This document shows positions 1 to 11,632 of a stretch of DNA of 64,000 bases, one piece after another. The DNA is taken from assembly GCF_016432865.1 (NCBI RefSeq), contig NC_067398.1, positions 167,896,001-167,960,000 of the forward strand, written 5' to 3'. The first letter of the stretch is position 1; every line of letters starts with the position of its first letter. The notes under the pieces are model-generated. The model was not told the origin of the DNA. It worked only from the letters and a program-made list of their open reading frames with translations, and did not search any database. Origin of the DNA: Antechinus flavipes (lineage: Eukaryota). The position numbers were made by a program, and so were the translations under genes.

Positions 1-462
1 AACACTTGGAGACCCTCATTATTAGTGTGCCAAAAGAGGACAAACATAATTCTGGGTGCCTGATTGGAACTTGTTGTCCTACATATATTCAAAATGGGTG
101 GGGCTGTAGGGTATAAGTCCATTGCTACTGAAAATGATAAAGTGAGTAGGGTAGGGTCTGCTGATAAGAAGTAACTTCATGTTAGTGTGTGAAGCCATAT
201 GTATGAGCACATAATTTGAGGTTTAACCAATGTCTAAAAAAGTAGAGGGACCTCCCAAGTAAGAATGAATCTCCAAATAAAGGATCCAGAAGAGGGACCC
301 ATTTTATGCTACTTGTCAGAGCCAGATAAATAATAGATTCTCAAAAATGGTAGAATCTTAAAACTACTGAATGGAAAGCCAATCTGACACAATTCTAGAA
401 TGGGTTATTTAAAGACACTTTGTGAGTACTCAAAAGAAAGAAGTCACTTTTGAAGCCAACAG

Positions 463-464
<2 letters not shown>

Positions 465-502
<38 letters not shown>
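465..502. repeat. (AC)n microsatellite
   Basis: About 19 perfect AC units; source of the THTHTH ORF at 450..719. Confidence 0.98.
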
Positions 503-504
<2 letters not shown>

Positions 505-1199
505 CATCTAATTCGATTTCCATTTTTTATAAAGTTACTTATATAGCAAGCATGCTGTGGACTAGCTTTCCCAGAGTCAGGCTGCTACATCTCCCCTTCA
601 GAGTTTTAGGGATACCTAGTGAGTTTTCCTTCTTTAAGAAAACCTCAGTGGTGTACTCTCTCCTATCCCCTCTGATCTCTAGGGAGAGTGGGCTCAAACT
701 TAGCTCAGTTCCAAAGTAGCATTATCACCATCAAGTTCACATCCAAATGTAACATTGTTGCTGAGTTAGTTATTCTTTCACCTGAGCTGTATCCCAGTCA
801 CTTTCCTGCTCCTTGAGACATAGATGCTGCTCTGGCATTAAACCTGGGCATTAAAGACCTGGAACACCTGGAGACTTGCTCTCCTGACCTCAATCATAAG
901 TTAAGTTAGAGTTGAATTAAAAATGGAAAAAGACTTGAGCTTGAATCCTATTTTACTGGGCCACATGTCTGACAATGAAAGAGTCAAATCAAGAGAGAGC
1001 AGCTGGAAAGAAAATGAAACCAGTCTGTGGTTAGCAAAATGGAATCACTTACAGAATGTTTGTATCTGTTCCAAGGTCTCTCTAAGTCACTTCCATTATA
1101 TGTCATCATGACTCTCCAGGAAACAGGCTACATAGCCTCTTCCTTGTGGTAAGTAGTATAAGAGGCACTCTGTACATTTGCCAAGCATCATTTTACCAG

Positions 1200-1445
1200 G
1201 GATGCTATAGACACGATAAATCTAAATTTCAGCAGGGTATTTCTCAAAGACTTTCATGATTCTCCTGTGGACAAAAAAACACAATGTGAACTGGATAATA
1301 GAATTAAGTGGACCAGTAATTGGTTGAACAGGTATACTCAGAAAAGTAGATTTATATATTGATGTCAACTTGGGCAAAGGTATCTACTAGGATGTTAGAT
1401 AGTTTCATATGCTTCAACTTTCTGATCAGTGACTTTGGGGATAAA
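1200..1445 (+). mobile_element. L3/CR1 LINE fragment (RT region)
   Basis: Degenerate match to CR1 motifs (atttcagcagggtatttctcaaag, aattggttgaac, gatgtcaacttgg). Confidence 0.7.
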
Positions 1446-1454
1446 AGCAGTGTT

Positions 1455-1692
1455 GCTGTTTGATCATTTCAGTCGTGTTCAACTTTTTGTGACCCCATTT
1501 TAGGGTTTTCTTGGCAAAGATAGTGGAGTGGTTTGCCATTTCCTTCTCCAGTTCATTTTACAGATGGAGAAACTGAGGCAAATAGGGTTAAATAACTTAC
1601 CCAGGGTCATAGGGCAAGTAAACGTCTGTGGTTAGGTTTGAACTCAAGAAGGTGAATTCTAAGCCCAGGGTTACTATACCACCTAGCTAACC
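1455..1692 (-). mobile_element. Mar1-type CORE-SINE
   Basis: Reverse RTE-like tail (ttcagtcgtgttcaac...ggttttcttggcaaagat...tttgccatttccttctccag) plus CORE (gaaactgaggca). Confidence 0.9.
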
Positions 1693-1699
1693 AAAGGCA

Positions 1700-2330
1700 T
1701 CATAGAATCATAGAAATCCAGATTACCAAGGGACCTCAGAAATACATATTCAGGTATATGCTGAACAGCATATATTTGAATGAGAATCTACTACATAACA
1801 AATTCAGTAAATGGCAACCCAGCCTTTGGTGGAAATCTCAAATAAGTTAGAGTCTGCTGCCTCCCAAGATAGCTCATTCTGCTAGTGAACAACTTTAGTT
1901 AAAGAATTTGAGAATTTGAATGGAACTTCATAAAGCCTAACTCAAAGACCAAAGGAATATTAGGACATGTGGAACAAGTTATCATCTAGCTTCTGTGTTT
2001 GAAGGAAGAGAAAACCATGAACTGCCAAGGCAGTACATTTGACTTCTGGATAGGTCTAATTGTTAGGAAATTTCCCCCTGATATCAAGTGCAAATATGTC
2101 TCTGCAACTTCTGCCCGTTTTCTACTATTCAGAATAAATCGAATCTCTCTAACACATGTTTGCTCTTCAAATATTTGACAACAATTTTCACATTCCCTCT
2201 GATTTTTTTTTAATCTATGCCAAACAATCCCAGTTCCTTTCAATGGTCATCACATGGAATGAACTCAAGACCCTTCCATCCTGGTTGTCCTCCTCCTCTG
2301 GATAATCTCTATTGCTTACTCCTGGACTTT
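1700..2330 (-). mobile_element. L3/CR1 3' portion
   Basis: Begins catagaatcatagaa (reverse CR1 tail) and continues with degenerate CR1 sequence. Confidence 0.75.
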
Positions 2331-2339
2331 ATCTCCTTT

Positions 2340-2495
2340 CTATAAATTCCCTCTCCCTTTTCTAGCTCTCCATTTTATATCTGTCTTCTGTCAGTAAATT
2401 ATAAGCTCCTTAAAGACAAGAGCTGTTTTTTTCTTTTATTTGTATCTCTAGATCTTGGTGCAGTGCCTGAAGTATTATAAATGCTTAATAAATGC
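2340..2495 (+). mobile_element. L2 3' end
   Basis: taagctccttaaagacaagagc...ttgtatctc...cagtgcctg...gcttaataaatg L2 tail. Confidence 0.75.
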
Positions 2496-2676
2496 TCCAT
2501 CCATCCATCCATCTATTGTGTACTCTGCTGCTGTACTTATAGACCTCCAGACTCTTATAGGAGGTTATCTGCTTAAAAGAAGAAATATGGAGGGGAACAG
2601 GATGATCAATACTTCCTTATCTTCTTCATTCATATCATGCCACCTAAAGAATTGAAGCTGAAATATTGGGCTGGAT

Positions 2677-2846
2677 TTTTTTCTCTTTTTTCCCCCAATA
2701 GTGTTTTATTTTTATAATTACATATAAAGATAGTTTTAGTAAAATTTTGAGTTACAATTTTTTTTCTCCCTTTCCCTTTACTTCTCCCCCTTCAAGACTG
2801 CAAGAAATCCAATACAGTTTATACATGTACAGTCATTTTAAACATA
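2677..2846 (-). mobile_element. Marsupial L1 3' end fragment
   Basis: T-rich start and ttttattttt...tacatataaagatagtttt...ttttgagttacaattt...ctccc typical of the reverse L1 3' UTR. Confidence 0.7.
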
Positions 2847-2859
2847 TGGAAACTATTTC

Positions 2860-3120
2860 TTTTAACAAATGTAAACTCCATTCTCCCCTCAGCCATGTGG
2901 CAGGGAAAGACTAAGGTACTACCTGGGGTTTACCACATCTTCCTGAAAAATCAAGTATTTTGAGTGTTGGACTACCACAGGCTGCTTCCTGGAAGCAACT
3001 AGGAAGTTAATTATTTTCATAATTTCCATGTGATGAATTATCATGTTCTTGGAGTTTCCAGATGTTTTCAGGAAAGTTCTAGGCATATTCTTCCTGGGGA
3101 CGGAACTGGCCCCTGTTATA
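2860..3120. promoter_or_regulatory. Putative enhancer (RUNX/ETS/STAT motif cluster)
   Basis: ACCACA at 2932 and 2974, CTTCCTG at 2939, TTCCTGGAA at 2986-2994, AGGAAGT at 3001, all in non-repeat sequence. Confidence 0.3.
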
Positions 3121-3374
3121 TAATACTGAGATCTGAGATTTTTTTCTCGCTTTCTTTACTATCTTTCACTCTAGATTCCTTGAGAATCAGTCCTTTAATT
3201 GCATCAGTTCTGACATGAACCTCTACTTTAGAGAGCTGGTTGATTCTAACTTCTTTTCCTATTTTTCTTATCTTCAGTGACATTTTCTGTTCCTCTAGAA
3301 ATATACCTGGGACTGTGATGTTAGAGTCCAAATTGAATGGCTCCACTTTTTTTTTTTTTTTGCAGAGAAAAGAG

Positions 3375-3590
3375 TTTATGAAAAACATAGTTATGAATCT
3401 AGTGTTTCTAGATGAATATAAGCTTAGTATGAGGTGTTACTGTTATATGCCAGCCAAAAAAAGTCAATACTTTTGGATTCATTAACAGAATATTATCCAG
3501 ATTGAGGAAACTAATTGTCTCTGTGTCCCTTGTACTGATGTTATATAATGGTCATGTCATATAATGCTGTCCTGGGCTCTGGGACAGATT
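3375..3590 (+). mobile_element. L3/CR1 fragment
   Basis: gccaaaaaaagtcaatacttttggattcattaacagaa...tccagattgaggaaactaattgtc matches the CR1 ORF2 3' region. Confidence 0.7.
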
Positions 3591-3904
3591 GCCATGCTCT
3601 TCATTTCCTCCTATCCTCAGAGCCTTTATTAAGTCCATTTTCCTGGTATCCACTCTTCTTTGGAAAGGGAAATAGATTTTTGACATCTTCCCCATCTTGC
3701 TATCTCTCAAATAAGCATTTGCTTTGGGTTTTGTAGTGGTTTTTTTACTGCTGGCAACATGAAACAAGTTTAAAATAGCAAATAAAAGAAAAAATATAAA
3801 ATTATACGCTTCTTAAAAATGAAATCTTTACTTCTCTAAAAATATAGTGAGAGATAGTTATTGTCTTCTTTAAGTCTCTATAATGAATTCTCTTTTTCAT
3901 TAAT

Positions 3905-4095
3905 TGACTTGAAGGCAGGAATACCTGCCTCAGATACTTAAAACTGAGGGATTCTCCTCTTAGTCTCAGTTCTTCATCTATAAAATGGGACAATAAAATC
4001 TACCATACAGGATTTTTGTAAAGAAGAGCTGAGGTGTAAAGAGTACATTTTATAAACATTTAGGTCCTATGAAAATACTAGTTATAAATAATTAT
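3905..4095 (+). mobile_element. MIR SINE
   Basis: ctcagttcttcatctataaaatggg CORE and ATT-rich tail. Confidence 0.75.
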
Positions 4096-5084
4096 AATAA
4101 TAATGATATTCTCAGTCTACCCAAAGTTTCTGTGTTCTGGGCAAAGGATTAAGATGAAATTTCTACCTGAAAAAGTTGATTGCTAAGATTGGAAGGATCC
4201 TTAACATCTTCTAGAAACTTCTTCAAATTTATATCCATCTCTGGGGATCCTACTAAGATCCCCAAATTGGTCTTTAGGGATTCCACAAATGTCTTTAGGC
4301 CATCTTTCAAGGACTTTGAAGCTTACTCACCCTATTACCCATGCTGATAATTTTGAAGTCTGAGTCCTTTTGAAGACTTCTCCTTTCCCTAGGCTTCAAG
4401 ACAACAAAGTCTTTTCAAATAGCTTCCAAGGTTTCATCCTTTGAGTTTCAGAACGTTCTGCACTAGTTTTGGATATCCTAAGGGTTTTGTTCTTTTTGAT
4501 CCATGGATATTCTGGAATTGTATGATCATCATCATGTTAGAGTCAGGGAAAAAAAAAAAAAACCTTGATCATCTTTTCTAGGAATTTTTAATCTGATATA
4601 CATAGACAATTAAAAAAAAAACGAATCTATTTCAGCATAATTGCTTTCCTTTGCAATGTTCTTTGTTGTGTATGCATTTAAGTACAACAATTTAAGAATG
4701 ACTGTGGACTTCATCAGACTTCCAAAGAATGTCCCATACACAACAAAAACAAAGAATTATTGATTTTGTTCAAACCTCTTATTTTGCAGAAAAGGAAAAC
4801 TGAGGTCTAGAGAGATCACTCAGGTAAGTTAATTAGTGACAATTCAGCTCTTCTGACTTTCAGTTCTGAAATTTTTTTATCTCACCATGCTAGTACTCAA
4901 TTTGATTTTAATATGTGTTTCTCTGTCCTATTAGTTTGCCAGAAGCAAATGGAGTAACAAATCTTTGAACCAGTCATAGGATTCTCTACCTATCACCCCT
5001 ATCAATGAGTCTGACAACCTGACTTATGCTTCTCAGAAACTACATGGCTTGTAGTTATCTGGGAGACCCTTGCCATGATCTCCA

Positions 5085-5185
5085 CACCCATGGAGAAGGA
5101 AATGATAAACCATTTCAGTATCTTTGTCAAGGGAATTCCAAATAAGGTTGTGAAGAGTCACACATGACTGAAATACTTAGCAACA
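5085..5185 (+). mobile_element. Mar1-type SINE 3' fragment
   Basis: ggagaaggaaatgataaaccatttcagtatctttgtcaag...aagagtcacacatgactgaa. Confidence 0.75.
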
Positions 5186-5189
5186 AATT

Positions 5190-5325
5190 GAAGACAACTG
5201 GATTCTTATATCTGCTTCTACAGTTATTTTATGGTGATATATTGCTTTGATTGAAGAATGTGAGGAAAATTTGGCCATACAGATATTTAGTTGGAAAAGG
5301 GAAGAGTATTTAATATCTAAATAAT
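5190..5325. mobile_element. hAT-Charlie (Charlie1-like) DNA transposon fragment
   Basis: caactggattcttatatctgc...ttgaagaatgtgaggaaaatttggccatacagatatttagttggaaaagggaagagtattt resembles the Charlie1 internal consensus (from memory). Confidence 0.5.
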
Positions 5326-5578
5326 GTTATTGGTGTTCGGCCATGTATGACTTTCTGTGACCCCATCTGGGGTTTTCTTGGCAGATACTGGATTGGTTTG
5401 CCATATCTTTCTCTAGCTCACTTTACAGATAAAGAAACAAATAAACTGGGCTAAGTGACTTGCCTAGAGTCATATAACTAGTAAGTGTCTGCAGCCAGAT
5501 TTGAATTCATTAAGATGAACCTTTCTAATTCTAAATCTAAGCATAGTTTCTTTCCCTCTATCCTCTGTACCACCTAGT
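5325..5578 (-). mobile_element. Mar1-type CORE-SINE
   Basis: gaccccatctggggttttcttggcaga...ggtttgcc...gtgacttgcctagagtcatataactagtaagtgtctg. Confidence 0.85.
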
Positions 5579-6180
5579 ATTATTATGAGAATGATTTTGA
5601 TGCTTATCACCTAAAAAGATCTTAGTGATATCTCTAGGTTCTTGTGCCATATTGTGAAATCATTGCTCTAAGCAGTAGACATTCTCTGATTTCTGTTTTG
5701 TATCTGCTTGGATAAATATTGTTTTGTTTGCTTTTTATACATGTCATAGTCTTTTCTGTAATTAGTATTTGGTAGGAAGGAATTAATTTTGTAGGTTTAA
5801 GCTTTGGAATATTCTTTCCTAAACTTTAAGAGATAGCAATTAGGGTACAAGGAGCTTGAAAAAAAAAGTCCCCTAGACCAGAAATATATACTCTAAAACA
5901 GAAACGGAGACAGAGTGGCCAGTCCTATGTCATTTTTCCTGCTCTCAAATTATCATCCACCATGTAGAATTCAACATCTTCCTTAAGGAAGGGTAAGTAG
6001 GATTCTATAAACATTTTATCAATTTCTCCCTGCAAGCCATATTTTGTTAATTTTTGTGGATAATTTATTATTTTTTAAAAAAATAATCTTCATTGGTAAT
6101 ACACTCCCTACACATTCATTCATTCAGCAATAGAATATTCATGTCTTTACAAGCTTCAGTTACCAGCAACACCTACTTAC

Positions 6181-6239
6181 CTCATTCAAGTTCATGGATT
6201 GATGAATCAACAGTCAGGCGCCCTTCTCTTTCCTTCTCT
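6181..6239 (-). other. Candidate 59-bp exon (non-coding or terminal coding)
   Basis: Acceptor cctctctccttggcag, donor GAG|gtaagt, purine-rich body; stop codons in all three frames. Confidence 0.3.
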
Positions 6240-6339
6240 CTGCCAAGGAGAGAGGTTTTATAGAATCCTATGATTTCAGTTTTGTAATATTATAAAGTTA
6301 CATTAAACACATAGTAATAATAAGAGACAGTTCTTATAA

Positions 6340-6875
6340 CCAGTAAAAGAAGGGTCATTTACCCATAACTATTCAGACCACATTTGGAGTATTGTGTTCA
6401 ATTCTGGACAACACATTTTTTTTTAAAGGATTATTGACAAGTTGGAGAATGACCAAAATAATGAGAGGTCTAGAAACTACATCATCTGAGGAATAGCTGA
6501 ACGACTTGGGGATGTTTAATTTGGAGAAAAGAAGACTTAGCAGAGATGTGATAACTGTATTCAAATATCTGAAGACCTGTCATATAGAAGAAGAATTAGA
6601 TTAATTTTGAGAAGCTCCAGAAGGCAGACCTCGGGCCAATAGTGGGATTTACAGGAAGGTTCAATTCAGCATATAGTAAAGATGAATTTTCTAACAATTT
6701 GAACCGTATAAAAAAAATAGAACAAATTGACTACATCCCGATAGATTGAATTTCTATCACTGGAAGTGCTGAAAGTAAAAGCTAGATCATTTCTAAAAAT
6801 AAAAGATTCTTTTTGCTGTATAGGACATTGGACTAGATAACTCTGTTTGAGTCTTCCTAACTAGAATTCTTTGTT
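6340..6875 (+). mobile_element. L3/CR1 3' portion
   Basis: cagaccacatttggagtattgtgttcaattctgg...gtattcaaatatctgaag...ggactagataac. Confidence 0.85.
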
Positions 6876-6899
6876 TTTGGGTGATATTATAGATTATTT

Positions 6900-7050
6900 A
6901 AAAGGTTTTGAACTCAAAAGGATCTTAGAAGCCATGTAGTCCAAATTTCACAATACACAAGTGTTCAGGATCATACACCTTGAAAATTTCTAAGACAGAA
7001 TTCAAACTCAGCTCTTCCTGATTCCAAGTCTAGCACTCCATTCACTAGAT
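6900..7050 (-). mobile_element. MIR/MIR3-like SINE fragment
   Basis: ggatcttagaagccatgtagtccaa...aattcaaactcagctcttcctgattccaagtctagcact. Confidence 0.65.
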
Positions 7051-7054
7051 CAGA

Positions 7055-7195
7055 GATCATCATACTATACTCTACCTGTTTTTATATGGCCCCAAAGCTA
7101 AGAATGGTTTTTACATTTTAAAATGTAATAATACTGCATTTAAAGCAGGGAGCTGACCTGATTTGACTTTCTTTGCTAGCCCCCACGCTAGACTA
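7055..7195. mobile_element. MER58-like hAT-Charlie MITE remnant
   Basis: cctgtttttatatggccccaaagctaagaatggtttttacatttt. Confidence 0.55.
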
Positions 7196-7889
7196 ACTAA
7201 CTACCTCATATTACCATTCATCAAGGATAGAATTAGTCAAATACTTGATGTAGTAGATACTTTGTACTTTTTAATTAATTAATTGATATCTTAGGTATTT
7301 CTATGAATCAGGATCAAAATAATATCATTACTTAACAGTTCAGTCACACCTTATACTATGGCTTAGCCCATTTTGGATTCAGAGCAATTTATACTGTGGG
7401 CTCCATTATGGATCTTCCTTCCCATCATATGTTTTCTAGTCAAATCTAGTGAAAGCTAGTGAAGGAAGAAACAAGGAGTGATATTATGATATTGTAACAA
7501 ACAACTTTAAGCTTGTTTCATTGAAAAGGGGGGAAGTTTCATTCTAGTCAATTCTACCTCCTCCACTTCCACTTTTATGGGTTCAACTACCTAAGATTTA
7601 TTTTATCATGACTTATTAAGTACTAATGCTTCCTTTCACTCCCTTTCATTTTCTGATTCATCAGTTTCCTGGGTCTCTAGGGAGGTCCTGTTCCTAGTCA
7701 TTCCAGTTTGTAATAAACAGAGATATTTTTGATAGTAACCTTGTCTACACAAGTAAGAAGTTATAAGGTTACCCTTGTGGTAGAATGAGTATTCCTTTAC
7801 TGATTCTATTTCTGTCACAGTTTCATTGAGGACTTTTTCTTATTTGGGAAGTTAGGCTACTAGATTGGCCAAAAAACATGGGATTAAAA

Positions 7890-8020
7890 GATTTAGAACT
7901 GGAAGAGATTTTAGAGTTTAAACATCCAGTTTAAACTCCTCATTTTTCAAATGGAGAAACTAAAGCCCAGAGATATCAAGTGCTTATACAAGGTTATAGA
8001 TGCTATAAGTGGCAAGACTA
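7890..8020 (-). mobile_element. MIR SINE fragment
   Basis: ctcctcatttttcaaatggagaaactaaagcccagaga. Confidence 0.7.
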
Positions 8021-8559
8021 CTTATACTATATTTCATAAGTTATGCTAATCAAATACAGTCCAATTTAAAATTATGATACACCAATGGGTTTTTGTTGAC
8101 TTTATTCCTTGGGAGATATAGTAAATTTCCTATTCCTTCCTCCTTCATCTTACTATTCCTCTAATTCACAACCACCTGGTCTGAAAAACCAGGTATAATA
8201 AAAATACAATTCCTTTCATCTCCTAGCCATGAATAATACTCCACTCAATGGAATTTCCATTACCATAATTGTTAGTACTCTTTTCCATGTTTTTATAGAT
8301 GATTATGTCCAGTGTTTACAAAGATCCTTTATTCCTGATCATTTATATGATTGCTTTAAAATGTGACCTATTTGGTGGAGTTTAATGAGAGTCCAAGTAG
8401 AGTTGGTATTTGACTATTGGTGTACTTGTTGAGAAAGAGTATCACACCAAGGAGGAATGGCTAATAGGTTCATAATGAAGGGAAATGGATTTAGATGAAC
8501 TTGAACTTTCAGTAAGAACTTTTGATACTCTTGGTAAATACCTATTATGCCTTGAAATA

Positions 8560-8760
8560 GGTTGTATAAGGAGAAGTTAGATGGCACAGAGGATAGAATG
8601 TAGATTTGGAGTCACCCTATACAGAAGATTTTCCTTCTGAAAGTTTCCTCATCTGTAAAATGGGGATAATAAAAACACTGCCTTCATAGGATTGTTGTGG
8701 AGATCAATTGATATAATATATGAGAAGCACTATACAAACAATAGTTATTATGGTAATTAT
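8560..8760 (+). mobile_element. MIR SINE
   Basis: gatttggagtca...agtttcctcatctgtaaaatggggataat. Confidence 0.8.
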
Positions 8761-9279
8761 GCCATATCTTAGACTTAGGGAATTACTCTTCCCATGGTAT
8801 TTTCCACACAGTTGAAATCTGAGAGTGCTTTCCTGAAAATAGGTTTTCTTATGAAATTCCTAAGTCAAATTAATTTGGAATAAGTTGGCTATATTTCAAA
8901 GTCAACATCTTAACTTCTGGATCCTTATCTGCACTGGACCCATGAACCCTTTGGGGTTCAAACATTGCTCTAGGGAAATTGCTTTGCTTGGGTGAATGGA
9001 GTTTGCCTAAACTTTTGAACAGTGAGTCATCTTTGGGTTGAGACCAGGCATGGAAAGTTTCCATTTGAGAGGGATGTCCTCTAAAACCTTTGCTCATCCT
9101 TAGATGTATTAAGGATTGGAAGGAAGGCAGCATATTTTTTGTGCTACTCTCTAGTACTATTAGAAGTTGATTTTATCAGGAGGTTTCTATAAATGAACAA
9201 GGATAAAAAATCTCTTCTTTTTCTTTTCAGAGAACACAAAAAAGCACAAAATGAATCATTAATATTACTATTTCAGGTC

Positions 9280-9490
9280 AACTATGATACCTCCTGTTTA
9301 TATGACATTTTGAAATTTATCAGTCACTGCATTATTTCTTTGAATCTTTACAAGATGAGATACATACTATTCTTGTATTGAGGAAACCGAGGCTGAGAGA
9401 AGTTAAATTACTTATTCAATGTTCCAGAGTTAGTCAGCATAAAACCAGGTCTTCCAGATTCTAAGACACCTCTGTATCTCTTTTGCTATA
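9280..9490 (-). mobile_element. MIR SINE
   Basis: ttgaggaaaccgaggctgagagaagttaaattactt. Confidence 0.7.
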
Positions 9491-10374
9491 TGGCTTCTTT
9501 TAGTCTTTCAGTCAAAAAGACCTTGATTCAAGGTCTGCCTTTGATATATGTTGACTATGAAATCATCAAAAAATCACCTAACTTCTCAGTGGCCCCAAGT
9601 AACATTTTAAAATTGGAGGTGCTAATGCACTATACATTGACAGAGAAAGTTTTATATGAATGAAATACCAGGTCTTGTCTACCCTCCTCCATTACTGTAG
9701 TTTACCTTTTTATTTACCTTTTTATATTTTCAAGCAAGCTCAGTGAATAAAAAACATGATCAGTCAGCAGGGTTTACACAATCATGAAAAAATATCTTTA
9801 TCTGGTAGTAGAAATGCATATCATCCTTTGTAAAATGTTGACTTTTTGATGCTATTATATGGTCTCGATTAAAGATTAGCTGATAGCTGGAGGAATGATC
9901 CAGGCTAAAATGTCCATTAAAATAACAGAACACATTAACCTTATTACCTAGCTAGCCTACCACTGGTAGGTGTCTGAGGCCAGATTTTAAGCAGGCCTCC
10001 TGATTTCATACCTGGAGTTCTATGCATTGTGCCTCTAAGTGAAGCACTCTTTGTTATCAAATGGCTTTCCAAGGGATTCCAAGGGATGTACATCATGCAC
10101 AATAAAATCCAACAATCTCATGGTTTGAGGCTACCCCAAACACACACTGAATCTTAGAACTAGAGAGTATCTTAGAGATATTCCTTATTTTTGCTGCTAA
10201 TGATAGTGGAAGAAGATAATTTGCAGTTTCTGTGGCTGGCTAAACAATAGACCAACTTCACTATTTCACAGGACAAACTCAGAAGTTCATTTTGAAAAAC
10301 AGAACAGTCATATGTACATCTTTACCAAGATTAAAAAAATGGAATCTATGGTCTTTTTTAAAAAGAGAAATATT

Positions 10375-10496
10375 GGGGTAGCTAGGTGGTGCAGTGCATA
10401 GAGCACTAGCCCTGAAGTCAGGAGGATGTGAGTTCAAATTTGGTTTCAGACACTTAACACTTCCTAGCTGTTTGACCCTGGGCAAGTCACTTAACC
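10375..10496 (+). mobile_element. WSINE1-type CORE-SINE, truncated by an assembly gap
   Basis: ggggtagctaggtggtgcagtgcatagagcactagccctgaagtcaggagg...gagttcaaat...cacttaacacttcctagctg. Confidence 0.92.
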
Positions 10497-10665
10497 NNNN
10501 NNNNNNNNNNNNNNNNNNNNNNNNNNNNNNNNNNNNNNNNNNNNNNNNNNNNNNNNNNNNNNNNNNNNNNNNNNNNNNNNNNNNNNNNNNNNNNNNNNNN
10601 NNNNNNNNNNNNNNNNNNNNNNNNNNNNNNNNNNNNNNNNNNNNNNNNNNNNNNNNNNNNNNNNN
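10497..10665. other. Assembly gap (N run)
   Basis: N bases. Confidence 0.99.
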
Positions 10666-10776
10666 AGCCAGAGAGCTGAGTGGAAAATTCTCTTCTATAT
10701 TTACTAGTGTCTCCCTCTACCTGCACCAAATGACTTTGTATTTATTTTGTATTGGTGGTCCAGGCTTATATACAGA
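10666..10776 (+). repeat. Left arm of a 111-bp inverted repeat
   Basis: Reverse complement of 11522-11632 with 8 mismatches by manual alignment. Confidence 0.95.
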
Positions 10777-10829
10777 ATTGGGAGCCTTCATAAATTCATC
10801 TTTATATCTCCCACAGAACCAAAACAATC

Positions 10830-11085
10830 AATCAGTCAATACTCAACAAGCATTTATTAAGCACCTACTAAGTACCAACACTGTGCTAAATGTTTTACAA
10901 ATATTATCTCATTTGGTCTTCACAAGTGAGGTAGGTGATATGATGGCCTCTATTTTGCAGTTGAAGAAACTGAGGCAGGAAGAGGTTAAATAAGTTGCTA
11001 GGATCACACAGCTAATTAGTGTCTGAGACTAGATTTCAACCCAGGTCCTTTTACTTCTGGGCTCTATCCATTGCACCACCTACTT
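10830..11085 (-). mobile_element. MIR SINE (with L2-type tail)
   Basis: aagcatttattaagcacctac...gaagaaactgaggcagga...ggatcacacagcta. Confidence 0.85.
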
Positions 11086-11521
11086 GCCTCTAAGTGATGC
11101 AATCCTTACCATTAAGTAGATAGCACAGGAGAAAGCGGGCACATAAGTAAGTGCAGTTGGGTCTGGCACATGTGTAGACATCACCAGCTTCAGGTGTAGG
11201 ATTGTATGGTGTATTTTCAGATGTAAGATGCTTTAGAGCTGCTTCCAGGAGAGTTGTGATGGCGCATAAAGGAAGTGCCTTGGAGACATATGTGCTACAA
11301 CATACGGACATGAGAGAGCTGATTCCATTGTCTGAGAGGAGGCTCCCTGGTTTGGAGGCACTCAGAAAGCTCTGGTAGCTTTAGTTCTTCCTACTCTTTG
11401 CCTCCATCTCTGCAGGTGGTATGACAGCATTGAGTGAAGAACCCGGCTGGAAGGAAAAGGAGATATGATCTGTTCCCTAGTGTCTGCCGAATGGAAATAC
11501 CACCTGAGTAGGCTAATGAGG

Positions 11522-11632
11522 TCTGTACATAAGCCCGGACCACCAATATGAAATACATACAAAGTCATTTAGTGCAGGTGGTGGGAGACACTAGTAAATA
11601 TAGAAGAGAATTTTCCACTCAGCTCTCTGGCT
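11522..11632 (-). repeat. Right arm of a 111-bp inverted repeat
   Basis: Reverse complement of 10666-10776. Confidence 0.95.

Noticed and set aside
10394-10993. 199-aa ORF (also the long ORFs at 53714-54298 and 55161-55499)
   Set aside because: Their length is due to translation through N gaps; the flanks are SINE or low-complexity sequence.
11180-11345. SDNG and PYNP motifs suggesting a retroviral integrase on the minus strand
   Set aside because: The D-to-PYNP spacing is about 41 residues versus about 26 in HIV integrase, and no other integrase motif or LTR is visible.
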